Assembly: GCA_017654855.1 (NCBI GenBank)
Contig: CM030333.1
Location: 868,001-932,000 of the forward strand
Source: Podospora anserina
Lineage: Eukaryota
Length of the DNA: 64,000 nt
Direction: 5' to 3'
In this document: positions 12,874 through 23,985 of the stretch, in pieces
Numbering within the stretch: the first letter of the stretch is position 1
How the letters are laid out: each line of letters starts with the position of its first letter
Program-made: the position numbers and the translations under genes
Notes under the pieces: generated by a model
Seen by the model: the letters and a program-made list of their open reading frames with translations, nothing else
Told to the model about the DNA's origin: nothing
Database searches by the model: none

Positions 12874-13891
12874 AAGAAGAAGAAGAAGAAGAAGAATCTT
12901 GAAAAATAGATGATGGTCTTGTTCGGTTTCTTGTGCACTGATATCCTCCTCTTCTTTTGTCTGCTTTTCGACGGAAAAGAAACGAAAATGTTGTTTTTCT
13001 TGGTTCTCTCAAAAAGCAGGGTTTTTGCGGCGGGATATTATATGGGGGTCTGTCTACATGGGAAAGAAAGTCATGGCGTTCTTTTTTATAGGAAAGGGGA
13101 AATAAAAACATTGTAAAAAGCGTGATCTGGGGAAGTCTAGCTGATGATGTGAGTAAGAAGGGTCTAATAGGGGGCATGATCGGCAAGTCATGGCAAAAGT
13201 GACGGGTAGGAAAGTGACGGGTAGGTTGTTGTGTGCGGGAAAGTTGGGTAACATAATGTCAGACACGGATTTGTGTTCAAGAGACTGCGCACATCCTTAA
13301 CCAACAACAAACCCCCTACTACCACATAAACATCAGGTCGATAGTATCTACAGTTCATCTTTCCCAAGAACCACACTTGACACATCACGTATGCACAACT
13401 AATCAGCAGTTAACACACCCTGTATTGTCTATCTCACATCTATAAAAGCCCTCGCCACGCCCCCAACACGAAGCAAATACAACATTATATCGCATTAATT
13501 CTATGTTGAGAGAGGCCTCTACTCCTGCTGTAACAATTCCGCTCGCCTCCCCCCTCCCCCGATTCCATCTTCCCTCCTCCCCTCTGCAACCCCAACAAGA
13601 GAAAGAAAGAGCTAGAGTGGGGATGATGAGAGGAAGATGCCCGCTAACCATTTGAAAAATACACCCGTTCAATTTTTTCTTCATTCAAGGTTGTTAAACA
13701 CCACCCTTGATAGGAAAAGAGAAAGCACACCCCCTCCCTGTACGCCTAAAACGCCTCGATGCAGTTCACGTCCCGCCACCCACCCAAGCCAACAAAAACC
13801 CAGACTTTTACGCCTTCATGAACTTTACGTTATCCATTTCGAACCCTCTTACTCGAACGACACACACTTTGTTGATTAGGGATTCTCATCA

Positions 13892-16645
13892 TCAAGTCGA
13901 GGGCTTCTGCGGCAATGTGGCTGGGTTGCCGTAATTCGGTAGGTGGCTATATGTCTGCTGTCCTGGCGGCCCGTTGGACTTGGGTGCCATGTGTGGTGGA
14001 CCGCCCATATGCTGCGGCGCATGCGGGGGCATGCCGTGCAGAGGTTGATGCACATTGTGGTACTGCGTCATGGAGGCGTTGGAGCTCTGTCTCGTCATAC
14101 TGTAGGCACCGGGCACCGGCCCATAACCGGGCTGCGGCATTGGCTGCGGAATCGGCTGCTGGTACCCGGCGTAACTCAAGTGAGGTGAGTTGAACTGAGG
14201 ATGCGGACTGCCGTGGTGAGAGCTTGTTCCTCCATATGATCCAGCCGGCGGCGGCGTAGACTGCTGCATGGGGATTCCGCCGCCGGGCACAAAAGACTGC
14301 GTCTTTGGGTTGAAGGACTGACGGCTGTAGCTCCCTGGAATTGGATGCTGGCTCTTGGGATCGTTGGGGTTGACATTGACAGGAAGCTGTCCAAAGGCAT
14401 AAGGAATCCCAGCATGGCCAGGAACAGGGCTCCCCCGCGGAGGCGGATAAACACCCTGAGTGAAGGCTGGGGGCTGTTGAGGTTGAGGTTGGGGCTGCGC
14501 CTGGGGTTGTGGTTGTTGCGGCCATGCTGGCTGCTGAATGGCCGGGACAGGAGCGTTGTACATCGGCCCGGCCACTGGGGGGGCATTAGGAGCCTGGTAG
14601 GCCGGCTGAGGTGGCAGTGGAGCTCTTGGTTGTGGTCCAGCCGGAGTCTGATACTAGGCCGCAGTTAGCAAGGGAGGTGTTGGTTGAAGAGAGCATACAC
14701 GGAACGTACGGTCTGAGGCACGGCATTGTAATGAGGAGGATATCCATTGCCAGGCATCATCTGGGGAGGATGCGGTTGGCCAGGTCCATACATGGGCTGC
14801 ATGGTAGTCTGATACACCGGTTGTGGCGGCTGTTGCTGCTGGTATTGCCCGTTGAACTGAGGTGCAGCGACCTGATAATACTGAGGCCCTGCAGCCGCCC
14901 AGGTAGGTTGTTGGGGCCCGCACCAAGCAACGAACTGCGAGCGAGACTCAAAGCCCTCGTTGTCATCTCGTCGTTGCTTGTTGACCTTTCTTTTTCCACC
15001 GTTGACTCTATCCTTGGCGGAAACAGAGCTGGCACGAGAGACACCATTACTGTCCTCGCCATCTGCACTGTTGTCAGCAGACGGTCATACGGCGCGCGGC
15101 AAGCAAACGCACCTTGGTTCTGATTCTCCTTATTTTCACTACTTCCAAAAATGCGTTGACGGGCTTTGTTGTACGCCTCTTCTCGCTCCTCTCGCGTCAT
15201 CCTGCAGGGCTGGGGGTCAGACAACATAGCTCTCTTCAAATCACAAACATGTACACTTACTTCTCCCGAGGGACAGACTTGTCCTTGCCATCGCTGCCAG
15301 CTTCCGAGGTTGGCTTAGAGGGAGCCGCACTTGCGGGGCCAAACTCTCCATCCTCACCCCGACGCATGATCTTTCGCGGCATCACGGCGGGTGCCGGAGA
15401 ACTGCTATTAGGAGTGTTTGCTGCAATACTAGACAGAGAGGGAGGGATCCGGCAGAAGGGCGTCCTAAAGATACGCACCGCCCCAGCTTGGGACTCGAAG
15501 GAGTGTGTCATATGGTAGTAGTCTGCCAGTTTATGCATCAGCATTCTGCAGAATGAGTTGCTTGGAGGCAGGTCCATGAAAGGCTCTCTGTCGGGTACAA
15601 CGTCAGCAATGTCGGGAACAGTCGGCAAGGGGGAAACTGCGTACTTTGAATCCTGTACGAATTCGATCACCTGCTGTTCCAATCGCAAAAGAAAGATGCG
15701 GTCCTTGTGGGACTGCATAGCTTCCAACAGCTTCTCGTCTGGGTGTTGGCTCAGGAAGCCGTTTGCCATCCCATCAGGCGCGACTGCTCCGCTGACAAGA
15801 GGCAGCTTCGCATCTGAGGTAAGCTGCTTGTCAGAGACACCACTTTGGGGGGTGACGATTCCCTGGTTTTTGTTACCAACCAGGCCATGGTGGGCAGTCG
15901 CTGCTCGTGATGGCATGTCGCCAATCTGGATGCGGTGAATGCGAGCGGCCACGTCTGAGCCCATGCGCGAGCTGGCCATGTAGGAGCCGCGGATGGAAAA
16001 CGCATCGTCGTCCTCGGCCGCAGCCTTCACGCTGGCACTGTCATCAGGACGCAGCGATTCCTTCTCGTCTAGAGCGAATGTGGTCCCGGACGTGATACTT
16101 TTGCCGTCAAGACTGGGCGGCTTCGTTCCAAGCTCGGAATTCGAGTCTGCTCGTTGCGAAACGTCGTCGGCTGGTGTTTGGCCGTTACTGGCTCTGCTCG
16201 ACCTTTCCACGGCGCCGGACAGAGACCCGTTGGCCACAATGACATTAGACGGTGACGCCTCGAGCTTCAAATCCTTCAACCCCTCAACAACCTTGGCATC
16301 CATGGACTGAGCCGTGCTGGCCATCTTCTGCGCAGCTGGTGAAATGTTCGATTCCGGGGTCGACATTTCGAGCGCGGGGTTGGCCGTGACTACTGGCGGA
16401 ACCGGAACATCGACGCTCTTGGTGGTCTCCCTTTTCTCCTTGGGCGGCGATGGACCTGGAGATTTCACAATGGTAGTAGTGGTGGAAATGTCCTTGGACG
16501 CTGATGCAGCGGCAACCTGAAAGCAATCACTTATCAGCAAGCATGTTCTGCGGCTTCAACAAGAGGCGGACAAAGGTTCAGGGCATACTCTTGCAAACGA
16601 CAGTCGCTGGTTATCGGTCACCACAGCAGAGGGAATGGCCGTCAT
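13892..16645 (-). CDS. R3H + SUZ domain RNA-binding protein (encore/ARPP21-like) with P/Q-rich C-terminus; introns 16588-16517, 15644-15588, 15260-15202, 15112-15063, 14709-14654
   Basis: R3H motif LPPSNSFCRMLMHKLADYY; SUZ motifs KIMRR and TREEREEAYNKARQRIF; five canonical GT-AG introns with branch sites keep one frame. Confidence 0.85.
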
Positions 16646-18145
16646 CGTGCGACCTTTGTTCTAACGAGCGCAAATAGAAAATTCGTGTCTGCCTATGTAT
16701 CGAAGTTTTCGAAGACAAACGAAAATGCAGGTGGTTTCGGTCCAAGAAGTGTCAGGCGGGGGAGGCCGGTTGACTTCGTAATAGGGCAGAAAGCAGAAGA
16801 GTGGCGGTCCGGCAGAAAGACGAAATCAAGAAATGAAACGGAGCAGAGCTGTCAAGAGCGAAGGAAGTGCGTCGGTATTAATCATCGTTGGTCTTTGTGG
16901 CCGTGATCGCAGGAAGGGGTCTGTCTGTCTGCTGGATGAGGGCGACGACGATTCGATCGATCCAGGGGCGGGATGTGATGGTTGAGCTTTTGTGCACTCC
17001 AGGTGGCTACCTTATCGCAGGACTGCACAGGTGCCCGTCGTTGTCCGACCGTCGGCGCTCCAGACGTCTGTACTGTGTGTCTGGGGTTCTCGACACAGGG
17101 AAGCCACAATTGGGCAGTTTGAAGAAGGGCAGATGGCTCGGCCGGGTGAGGGGCGGTGGTGGGAGGATTTCCAGCGTCCGACAAGTCGTTGTGGTTGCAC
17201 GAGGAAATCCGGTGAGGAGGCTTCCAGGGTTGCAGGTAGGCACCTTCTCTCTCTTTGCCCGCTGGAGCCAGTGGCAGCGGTTTGTCAGGCAAGCGGGCCG
17301 GCCCCGGTTTTATTTTATAGGCGGAGCTACCAAACAAACAAACCCGGACTTCTCAACGACCCAGGGTTATGCAGCTGACTTTCCTTTGCGCAGCTGCGCT
17401 GGCCATGCTGAATTATCAGCAATGCAAGTGCCCGAGCACAAACCGGATCCAAAGCAGGCGTTGATGACATTGGGTCGGAGGGGAGGCATCATTTGGGGGA
17501 CTTTTTGCTGTCAGCGCTCAGGCCGCCAGACCCCATCTAAGTTGACCAATCATCCACACATCCTCATTCCCGTCAACCTTGAGCCTCGATTCCAGCACCA
17601 CGGCCCCCATGTGTGCAGTTTGCAGATGCCCACGTCACGATGTTTATGAGCAGTGGTATCGGTAGCTGGAATAGTAGTGCTGTTGTTCTCACGATGTTGC
17701 TGCTTTAAACATTCCTTGTGACATGCTTTAGCTCCCTGATAGTTCCCCTGATATGTGTATCTAACCCTAACCCCAACCCGAGCAACACCCGCAAGCATGT
17801 TGCACTGGCTTCACAGTGCTTGGCAACCAACTCAACTTCAACTTCGCGACAGCGCGTTTCTACACCATCGCAGCCACAAGCAGGAAAAGAATTCAAAGGC
17901 ATAACCGTCTCACAGATTCTACTGGCAACCGACTTCTCGAATTTGATCATCACAAAGAGCGGCTTGACATTCAGGTGCAGCCTTCATACCTATCAACCGC
18001 CGCATCATCGCCAAATTTTCACTTCATCTTAACAATTCGGCCGCTCAGCTTGCAACTCAATCATCCACTGATATCCCAAACTTGGCATCAACCGTTTCAT
18101 CGACCACAACACCAGACCGCATCTTTCTCACGATTCAAGAGCACC

Positions 18146-19164
18146 ATGTGGCGCAGAAGCGGTCCTTCCAAAGCGACATCGACAAACGTCCAGTGCCAAA
18201 AATGTCTTAAACGAGATACGTACTTTTCATTTCACCGAAACTATTTCCATTTCCCCCATCTAACACTCACAGCACGGCACTATTCCTACGAATGCAAAGC
18301 TTCAGCCCAGGAGCGGCCGTATATTCCCCGACCCTCACGAACTCAGCAGCTGTTCAACCCCAAGCTCCAACCCAAGCTTACCAATGCTGTCCCGGATGAC
18401 ATTGAGAAGAAGTAAGCTCCCACTACCTGAGTCCACTGACCTCAAATGCCTAACTGTCCCACAGGAAGGGCGTAGCCGATAAGATCCTCGCTGAAAAGGA
18501 GGCCGAGCGTGCCAGGAAGCGAGAGCTGGAAAGGGACGAGGAAGAAGAACTGTCCGTAAAGGGTTCACCGCCCCCACGGCGGCACAGGTCGCCATCTTAC
18601 GACTCCGTATCCAGCATCTCGACCAGGTCCCCTTCTCCAGCCTCAAGGCGCAGTCCCAGTCCCCCAAGAAGAGAACGGATCAGCCGCGATATGGAGTTGT
18701 CTCCCCGTGGACATCCGGTTCGTCCACGATCTCTAAGCCCGGAGGAGCGCTATTCTAGGGAACCGTCAGCCATTCCGGAGAGAGATTACCCGCCTCGGCG
18801 ACGTTCCCCTTCGCCGAGCCAGGCCCGTTCACCCAGGCGCCATCGCGACTTTGACGATGAGCCTGAGCCTGAGCGTGCCCCTCGGCATGCGCCGCCCGGC
18901 AGAGACGCCGAACATGACTCGCACAGACGTCGGGGCTACTCGAGATCCAGGTCGAGATCTCCTGCGCGTTCTCCACCAAGGCGCGATGGGAGAGGCCGCG
19001 GTGATGGTCCTCGGAACCGGTTCAGGGACAGGGACGATGACCACCCCAGAGAAAGAAATGCGCCGCCAGCCCAGCAGCGGGCACCTCCGCCGCCGCGCGA
19101 AAGGAGTCTGAGTCCCTTCAGCAAGAGGTTGGCGCTGACACAGTCGATGAATATGGGTAGATAG
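18146..19164 (+). CDS. ZCCHC10-like zinc-knuckle protein with RS/RD-rich C-terminus; introns 18216-18275 (AT-AC) and 18412-18464
   Basis: CQKCLKR-G-HYSYEC knuckle after splicing, RPYIPRPSRTQQL, KKGVADKIL, then long SR/SP-rich tail ending RERSLSPFSKRLALTQSMN. Confidence 0.85.
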
Positions 19165-19229
19165 ATTGCAATAATTAGAGCGAATCAAATCTGGGTATCA
19201 TATGCCTACTTTTTTTCTCTGCAAAACCA

Positions 19230-19904
19230 TCAAGCAACAATTTCGTCTTGCTCATCAAGCCTTCGGGCCAACCCCAACTCCTCATCCTCGGCCTCCTTTT
19301 CTCTCCTGGCCTCTTCCTCTTCCTCCCGTTCACGTAGTTTAATCCCCTCCACAATTGCCGCCCCGTCCAGCATCCCATCCGCCTCCTTATCCTCACTTTC
19401 CTTGCTTCCCCTGTGACTCTGCTCGGCAACCTTCTTCTTCTCGGCTAATCGTTCTCTGACCATCCCCGCAATGGCATTATCCGTCCTCACATTCAGCACC
19501 TCCATCTTGGCGTTCAACTCTCTCTTCAGATCCCAGTTTGGTTTTTTGGGTTGGAGCTTGAAGAGGTCGATGCCCTTTTCTGCCGCCTGGGCTGCGTCGA
19601 TGGCGGCTTGGCGGTTGACTTCGTCTTGGAGGTCTGCTGCTTGTTCTTCGAGGGTGGGTGCCTCGAGGGAGAGAGTGGGGGGGGCTTCGAAGCCGAGTTT
19701 GGGGCCTTTGGTTTCGGGGTCGTAGTTGCGGCCGGAGAGGTGGAGGTGGGAAACTTGTTTTGTTGGGGGGGATTGGGAGCGGGAAGGGGAAGGGGCTTCG
19801 TCTGATGGGGAGGGTGAGGGTTGTTTGCGTTTTAGGGATTTGAGTTTTGCGAGGCGGGCTTTGCGGTCGTCGGTTGCTGCTGCGAGGGTGGTGTGGGAGG
19901 ACAT
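19230..19904 (-). CDS. cwf18: Pre-mRNA splicing factor Cwf18 (CCDC12 family)
   Basis: ATG 19904 in an AAAATG context; DRKARLAKLKSLKRK, LSGRNYDPETKGPKLGF, DLFKLQPKKPNWDLKR. Confidence 0.88.
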   Translation of the reverse strand: MSSHTTLAAATDDRKARLAKLKSLKRKQPSPSPSDEAPSPSRSQSPPTKQVSHLHLSGRNYDPETKGPKLGFEAPPTLSLEAPTLEEQAADLQDEVNRQAAIDAAQAAEKGIDLFKLQPKKPNWDLKRELNAKMEVLNVRTDNAIAGMVRERLAEKKKVAEQSHRGSKESEDKEADGMLDGAAIVEGIKLREREEEEEARREKEAEDEELGLARRLDEQDEIVA

Positions 19905-20403
19905 TTTTGTTGTGGTGTGGTGGTGGTTTTTCGGAGGGAATTGATGTTCCTGATGTTGTTTGACCGCGAATTGGTTCGAGGTACACAGTCGCGCCGCCTG
20001 TGAACAATTTCCAGTGGAGGATGATGTTGGATGTGGGTCCCTGACAGCGGACAGGGAAGCTTTCGACAGGGTTGGGGGGTTTGCGTGCCGAGAGGTGGGC
20101 TGCCGCTCGTTGCCGGCCGGAAGCTCTGCAGCCCCTCGCAATGCCGATTTTTTTTTTGGGAGCTGGATGACTTTCTCATCGTGATAAGAGAGACATTTCG
20201 GAGACGGCACCGGCGACCAGCGACCGGCGAACCCCCCTGAACAAATCGCTCGGGATTGCCAGTCCAACCACAACATGCCCAACTTCGACGACGAATTCGA
20301 CGCATGACGACCTCACCCCACGTCCTCCCGCCCGATTCTCATGGCGCGCGACTGCATCCCGCGCCGTCGCAGAGGCACCACAATCGTCTAGTCGCATCCG
20401 GGG

Positions 20404-23400
20404 ATGATACTGCGGGCCGGCTTGGTCGGCCGATCATGTCTGGCTCGAGCCTGTCAACGTCGGTCCCAAATACCCCTTATACACCCCTTACTGCCGCCAC
20501 CACCAATATCCCAAACATCGAGAGTGCAGAGGTCAGAGCAACTGCTGGCCCAGCTCGCCCGAGATGCGCCCTTCACCACTACCACCAGATTGTCCTTCCA
20601 GAGCGACGACTCAGATATCATTCCGCCATGGGAGAAGTCTTTGGGAAAGGTCGACAGTCATATGAGCCCCGATGACATGGAGGAAACAGCCAAGGCGAAT
20701 CCAGATCCTGCGAACAATGTCAGCGAGACATCGCCAGAAACAACACCAGTTCCCTCTTCACTGGGGCCGGAGGAAATAGAAAGGAACTATGCGAGCACAG
20801 CTGAGCCTGGGGTGGCTAGCCACACGTTCAATGCTGCGGATCGGGACAATCAAGTACCCCAACTTGAACCCTACCGTTTCGCCGAGAGGGGAGGAAAGCT
20901 CGCTTGGGGTCCAGGTCACAGAGGCAACTGGTTGGACTCATGGGAGGCCAGGTTCCGGCCGCTGTACAGAGCCCTGAAGTCAGGGCGCGCCTATTCACGC
21001 ATGTTGGCCGATGTGGAGGATTTCCCTGACTGGGGAAAAACAGAGATGCTTTTCGAGGCAGCCGAAATCGAGCAGGGGGAGTTTAAGGAGCGCCACTGCG
21101 GATTTGGCAACGTAGATGAGTACATGGCGAAATGGATGGACTCGATGCTCTACCTGCTCCGCTACGACCCAGAGCTAGCTCCCAAATTTCTCCGGGCGAC
21201 TTTTGAGGGGTTTCTGACGCCGAGGTGGGCGGTGAATGATACGGTTGAGTTCCTTGCCAAATGGTGCTCGTTGTCTCGCTCAAGCAAAAAGACTACGCAT
21301 GAGCTCGCCGAAACGATCCGTCATATTCTGCGGACTCGCACTCTATACATGCTCGAGTTCACCCAACAAACGCTGTTTCTTCTGACGAGAGATATGGAGG
21401 CCGAAGCTCTGTGGAATCTGTATCGGGACCTGCTGCAGTACGCTCACCCGCTTCACCCCTACACTTGGTACACTATAGCCCGTCGTCTTTCTCGGGATCC
21501 GAGGTACAAGTCCAGGGCGTTGGATCTGCTGGAGGAAGCCATCACCAGCGGCGAGCTCCACGGCGACGCGCCCCTGACCATGATGCTCAGCACATGCATC
21601 CTAGACTTTCAAGGTGTGGAAGACGGCCATTTAGAGCAGTTGGGGCGGCTGCGCCGGGAGCTGACCACACGGTTGCTCAACCTGATCACGCCTAACAAGT
21701 ATACATACAGTGTCATGGTCCGAGGCATGCGAGCCACCGGTGACTACCAGGGAGCGTGGACCATCTACCAGATCATGATTGATCAGGGCATCGAGCCTGA
21801 GCAGTTCATCTTCTCCAACCTGCTAAACGTGGCAAAGCGCACCAACACCATCGAGCCTGTGCTCCAGACCCTGGAAGAGCTTGTTCCCGAGGCGCTGAAG
21901 AGCAGGCACATCTGGAACGACATCATCGACTCTGTCTTGGTGATATCTCGGCAGCACGACCTCCAGCTGAAGGAGGAAGGCCAACGGAATGCGCATGCTG
22001 CGTTGACGTTCCGGGCCCTGCTGCTGGTCTATGCAAGGTTCTATCGGTACAAGGAACTCCAGTCTCTTATCCCTGTCAGGCTGGGGCCGCCGTATGAGAC
22101 AAAAGAGCAGGTTTTTGCAACTGCGACCTCAGATATGGATGTTGTCTTTTTGCGAAAGATTGATCTCATCCTCGAGCGCCTTCCTGAGCGGGTTGAGAAA
22201 CCGGCGGTTCCGGGGTCGGATGTCATTAGCATTATGCTCAGGGGGTACACACGAGCGGTTTGGAAGGCGGGAGAGGTTATCAGCTTTTACAAGCGGCTCA
22301 GGGCGAAGCTTATGCAGGGACAATACACCGTGTGTCAGATTTGTCGGGAGCAGGACAGCCGAGTGCATGATGCTATTTTGGGCTCGTTGCTCAAGATTCC
22401 AAAGTGGAACAATGTCGCGTGGGCTCCTGCGGAGAACTCCAAGAGAGCGGCGGAGAGCCGTGATGCGTTGCAGGCGGGTTTTGGTATTTTGGAGGATATG
22501 ATTGAGGGTGCCATGTGTGCGGAGAGGGTGTTGAAGGAGGAAGAGGAGGAAGAGCTGTTGGCGAAGAGGATGGCGGATGATGACTCGCCTGCTGATGAGG
22601 AGGCGGTGCGGACTATCGAGAGTGTCCTGCCAAGTCAGGAGGATGCTGTCTTGTCGGAACAAGAGCCTTTGCTGATCGAGGGGGGCGATGGTCTACCAAC
22701 TGAAGATTCAGCAGCTCAAGATATAATGACCGAAGAACATATTTTAGTCGAAGAACATCCACCACCAGAAGAAGAGCACCGGCCAGCTGAAGAAGATTAC
22801 CTAGCGCCCTCAGAAGAAAACCTGCCAACGAAAGATTACCTTTCGCCCTCAGAAGAAAACCTGTCGACGGAAGTAAACCTGCCAACGGAAGAAAACCTGC
22901 CAGCCCAAGATGGCTTGCCTGTCAAAGATGACCTACCTGTCGAAGAGCAGTACTTACCTGCCGAGGAAGACCTATCGGTCGAAGAAAGCCTTCGAGGGTA
23001 CAAAGAATACCTTCAGGCTGAGGAAGACCTCCCAGCCGGAGAAGACTACCTACCACCTCCAGAAGCCGAACGTCCTGCAACTCAGGAAGAGCTACAGCCA
23101 ACTGAGGACGAAGCCCAAGAAGAACCGCTTCTCACCACCGACCAGCCTCAAGAACCCACCGAACCACCACCCTTATCCGAACCCTCGAAACCATCACCCC
23201 CAGAACAACCCCGACAATCAGCCCCCTCACCCCAGCAACTCCTCCCTCTCCTCGACCCAGACCTCGTCACCCCCCTCCACCCGGCCCCCCGCCCAGGCGC
23301 AGGCTGGCCCTCTTTCAAAGCCCAGCAGGCCCAATGGGCGGCCTTCCACAAAGAGGAAACGTACCTCTACTCCATGTCGCCCGCCCCGACAATCTACACC

Positions 23401-23985
23401 TTTAATATTCTCTTGTCGGGCGTCATCCGCGCCTCCCGCTCCATCACCAACGTCAAAGACTGCATCAAGCAGGCAGAAGACTGGATAAAGTACCTTGCCG
23501 ATCACAACCTCCAGCCCAATTATCACACCTGGGCTATTTTGGTCAGGAACTGGTCGCGGCAGCAGCGGCCCGGGGCGGTGGCGTGGGCGATGAAGAAGAT
23601 GGAGGAGGCGGGGTTTAGGGCTAATAACAAGATGATGGAGGAGTTGCAGTTGTTGAGGGATAAGGAGAGGGCGTGGAGGGAGCTGGAGAGGTTGATGGAG
23701 GAGGATCTGGGGAGGGAGAAGGAGAGGGGAGGGGAGGGGTGGGAAAGGGAGGAGGGGTGGGAGAGGTTGGGGAGGATTGTGAAGGAGCAGGAGGAAAGGA
23801 GGAGGAAGTTGGAATTTGAGTTGGTGGTGGAGGATGAGATGTATGGGAATGAGGTTTATCGTGACGGGAAGGGGGGGGAGAAGGAGGAGAGTGATTGGGA
23901 TATGTTTGTGAAGAGGGTGGAGGAGGATAGGAAGGGGGAGGAGAGGGAGAAGAGGGAGGGTGGGGGGGGGGAGGCGACGTTTTAA
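20404..23985 (+). CDS. Pentatricopeptide-repeat protein, probably mitochondrial, with acidic low-complexity insert
   Basis: 1193-aa ORF with basic N-terminus and PPR-like units (PNKYTYSVMVRG...GAWTIYQIMIDQGIEP, PTIYTFNILLSG, PNYHTWAILVRNW...MEEAGF). Confidence 0.85.
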   Translation: MILRAGLVGRSCLARACQRRSQIPLIHPLLPPPPISQTSRVQRSEQLLAQLARDAPFTTTTRLSFQSDDSDIIPPWEKSLGKVDSHMSPDDMEETAKANPDPANNVSETSPETTPVPSSLGPEEIERNYASTAEPGVASHTFNAADRDNQVPQLEPYRFAERGGKLAWGPGHRGNWLDSWEARFRPLYRALKSGRAYSRMLADVEDFPDWGKTEMLFEAAEIEQGEFKERHCGFGNVDEYMAKWMDSMLYLLRYDPELAPKFLRATFEGFLTPRWAVNDTVEFLAKWCSLSRSSKKTTHELAETIRHILRTRTLYMLEFTQQTLFLLTRDMEAEALWNLYRDLLQYAHPLHPYTWYTIARRLSRDPRYKSRALDLLEEAITSGELHGDAPLTMMLSTCILDFQGVEDGHLEQLGRLRRELTTRLLNLITPNKYTYSVMVRGMRATGDYQGAWTIYQIMIDQGIEPEQFIFSNLLNVAKRTNTIEPVLQTLEELVPEALKSRHIWNDIIDSVLVISRQHDLQLKEEGQRNAHAALTFRALLLVYARFYRYKELQSLIPVRLGPPYETKEQVFATATSDMDVVFLRKIDLILERLPERVEKPAVPGSDVISIMLRGYTRAVWKAGEVISFYKRLRAKLMQGQYTVCQICREQDSRVHDAILGSLLKIPKWNNVAWAPAENSKRAAESRDALQAGFGILEDMIEGAMCAERVLKEEEEEELLAKRMADDDSPADEEAVRTIESVLPSQEDAVLSEQEPLLIEGGDGLPTEDSAAQDIMTEEHILVEEHPPPEEEHRPAEEDYLAPSEENLPTKDYLSPSEENLSTEVNLPTEENLPAQDGLPVKDDLPVEEQYLPAEEDLSVEESLRGYKEYLQAEEDLPAGEDYLPPPEAERPATQEELQPTEDEAQEEPLLTTDQPQEPTEPPPLSEPSKPSPPEQPRQSAPSPQQLLPLLDPDLVTPLHPAPRPGAGWPSFKAQQAQWAAFHKEETYLYSMSPAPTIYTFNILLSGVIRASRSITNVKDCIKQAEDWIKYLADHNLQPNYHTWAILVRNWSRQQRPGAVAWAMKKMEEAGFRANNKMMEELQLLRDKERAWRELERLMEEDLGREKERGGEGWEREEGWERLGRIVKEQEERRRKLEFELVVEDEMYGNEVYRDGKGGEKEESDWDMFVKRVEEDRKGEEREKREGGGGEATF
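22792..22905 (+). repeat. Coding minisatellite: 39-bp duplication followed by 18-bp units
   Basis: gaagattacctagcgccctcagaagaaaacctgccaacg (22792-22830) and aaagattacctttcgccctcagaagaaaacctgtcgacg (22831-22869), then gaagtaaacctgccaacg and gaagaaaacctgccagcc. Confidence 0.85.

Noticed and set aside
17761-17779. Telomere-like CTAACCCTAACCCCAACCC (also TTAGGG at about 4331 and 4388)
   Set aside because: Only one to three degenerate units; too short to call interstitial telomere.
18220-18272. Canonical GT-AG version of intron 1 in the knuckle gene
   Set aside because: 53 nt, weak donor GTACTT; it shifts frame and loses HYSYEC and the rest of the protein. At most a minor isoform.
18216-18275. 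U12 (minor spliceosome) interpretation of the AT-AC intron
   Set aside because: Lacks the ATATCC donor and TCCTTAAC branch consensus; signals are U2-like.
19905-20282. N-terminal extension of the cwf18 ORF (also 49262-49510 for the Mgr3-like gene)
   Set aside because: 49262 is a non-ATG track start; both extensions run through the divergent promoter, and recognisable protein begins at a downstream ATG in good context.
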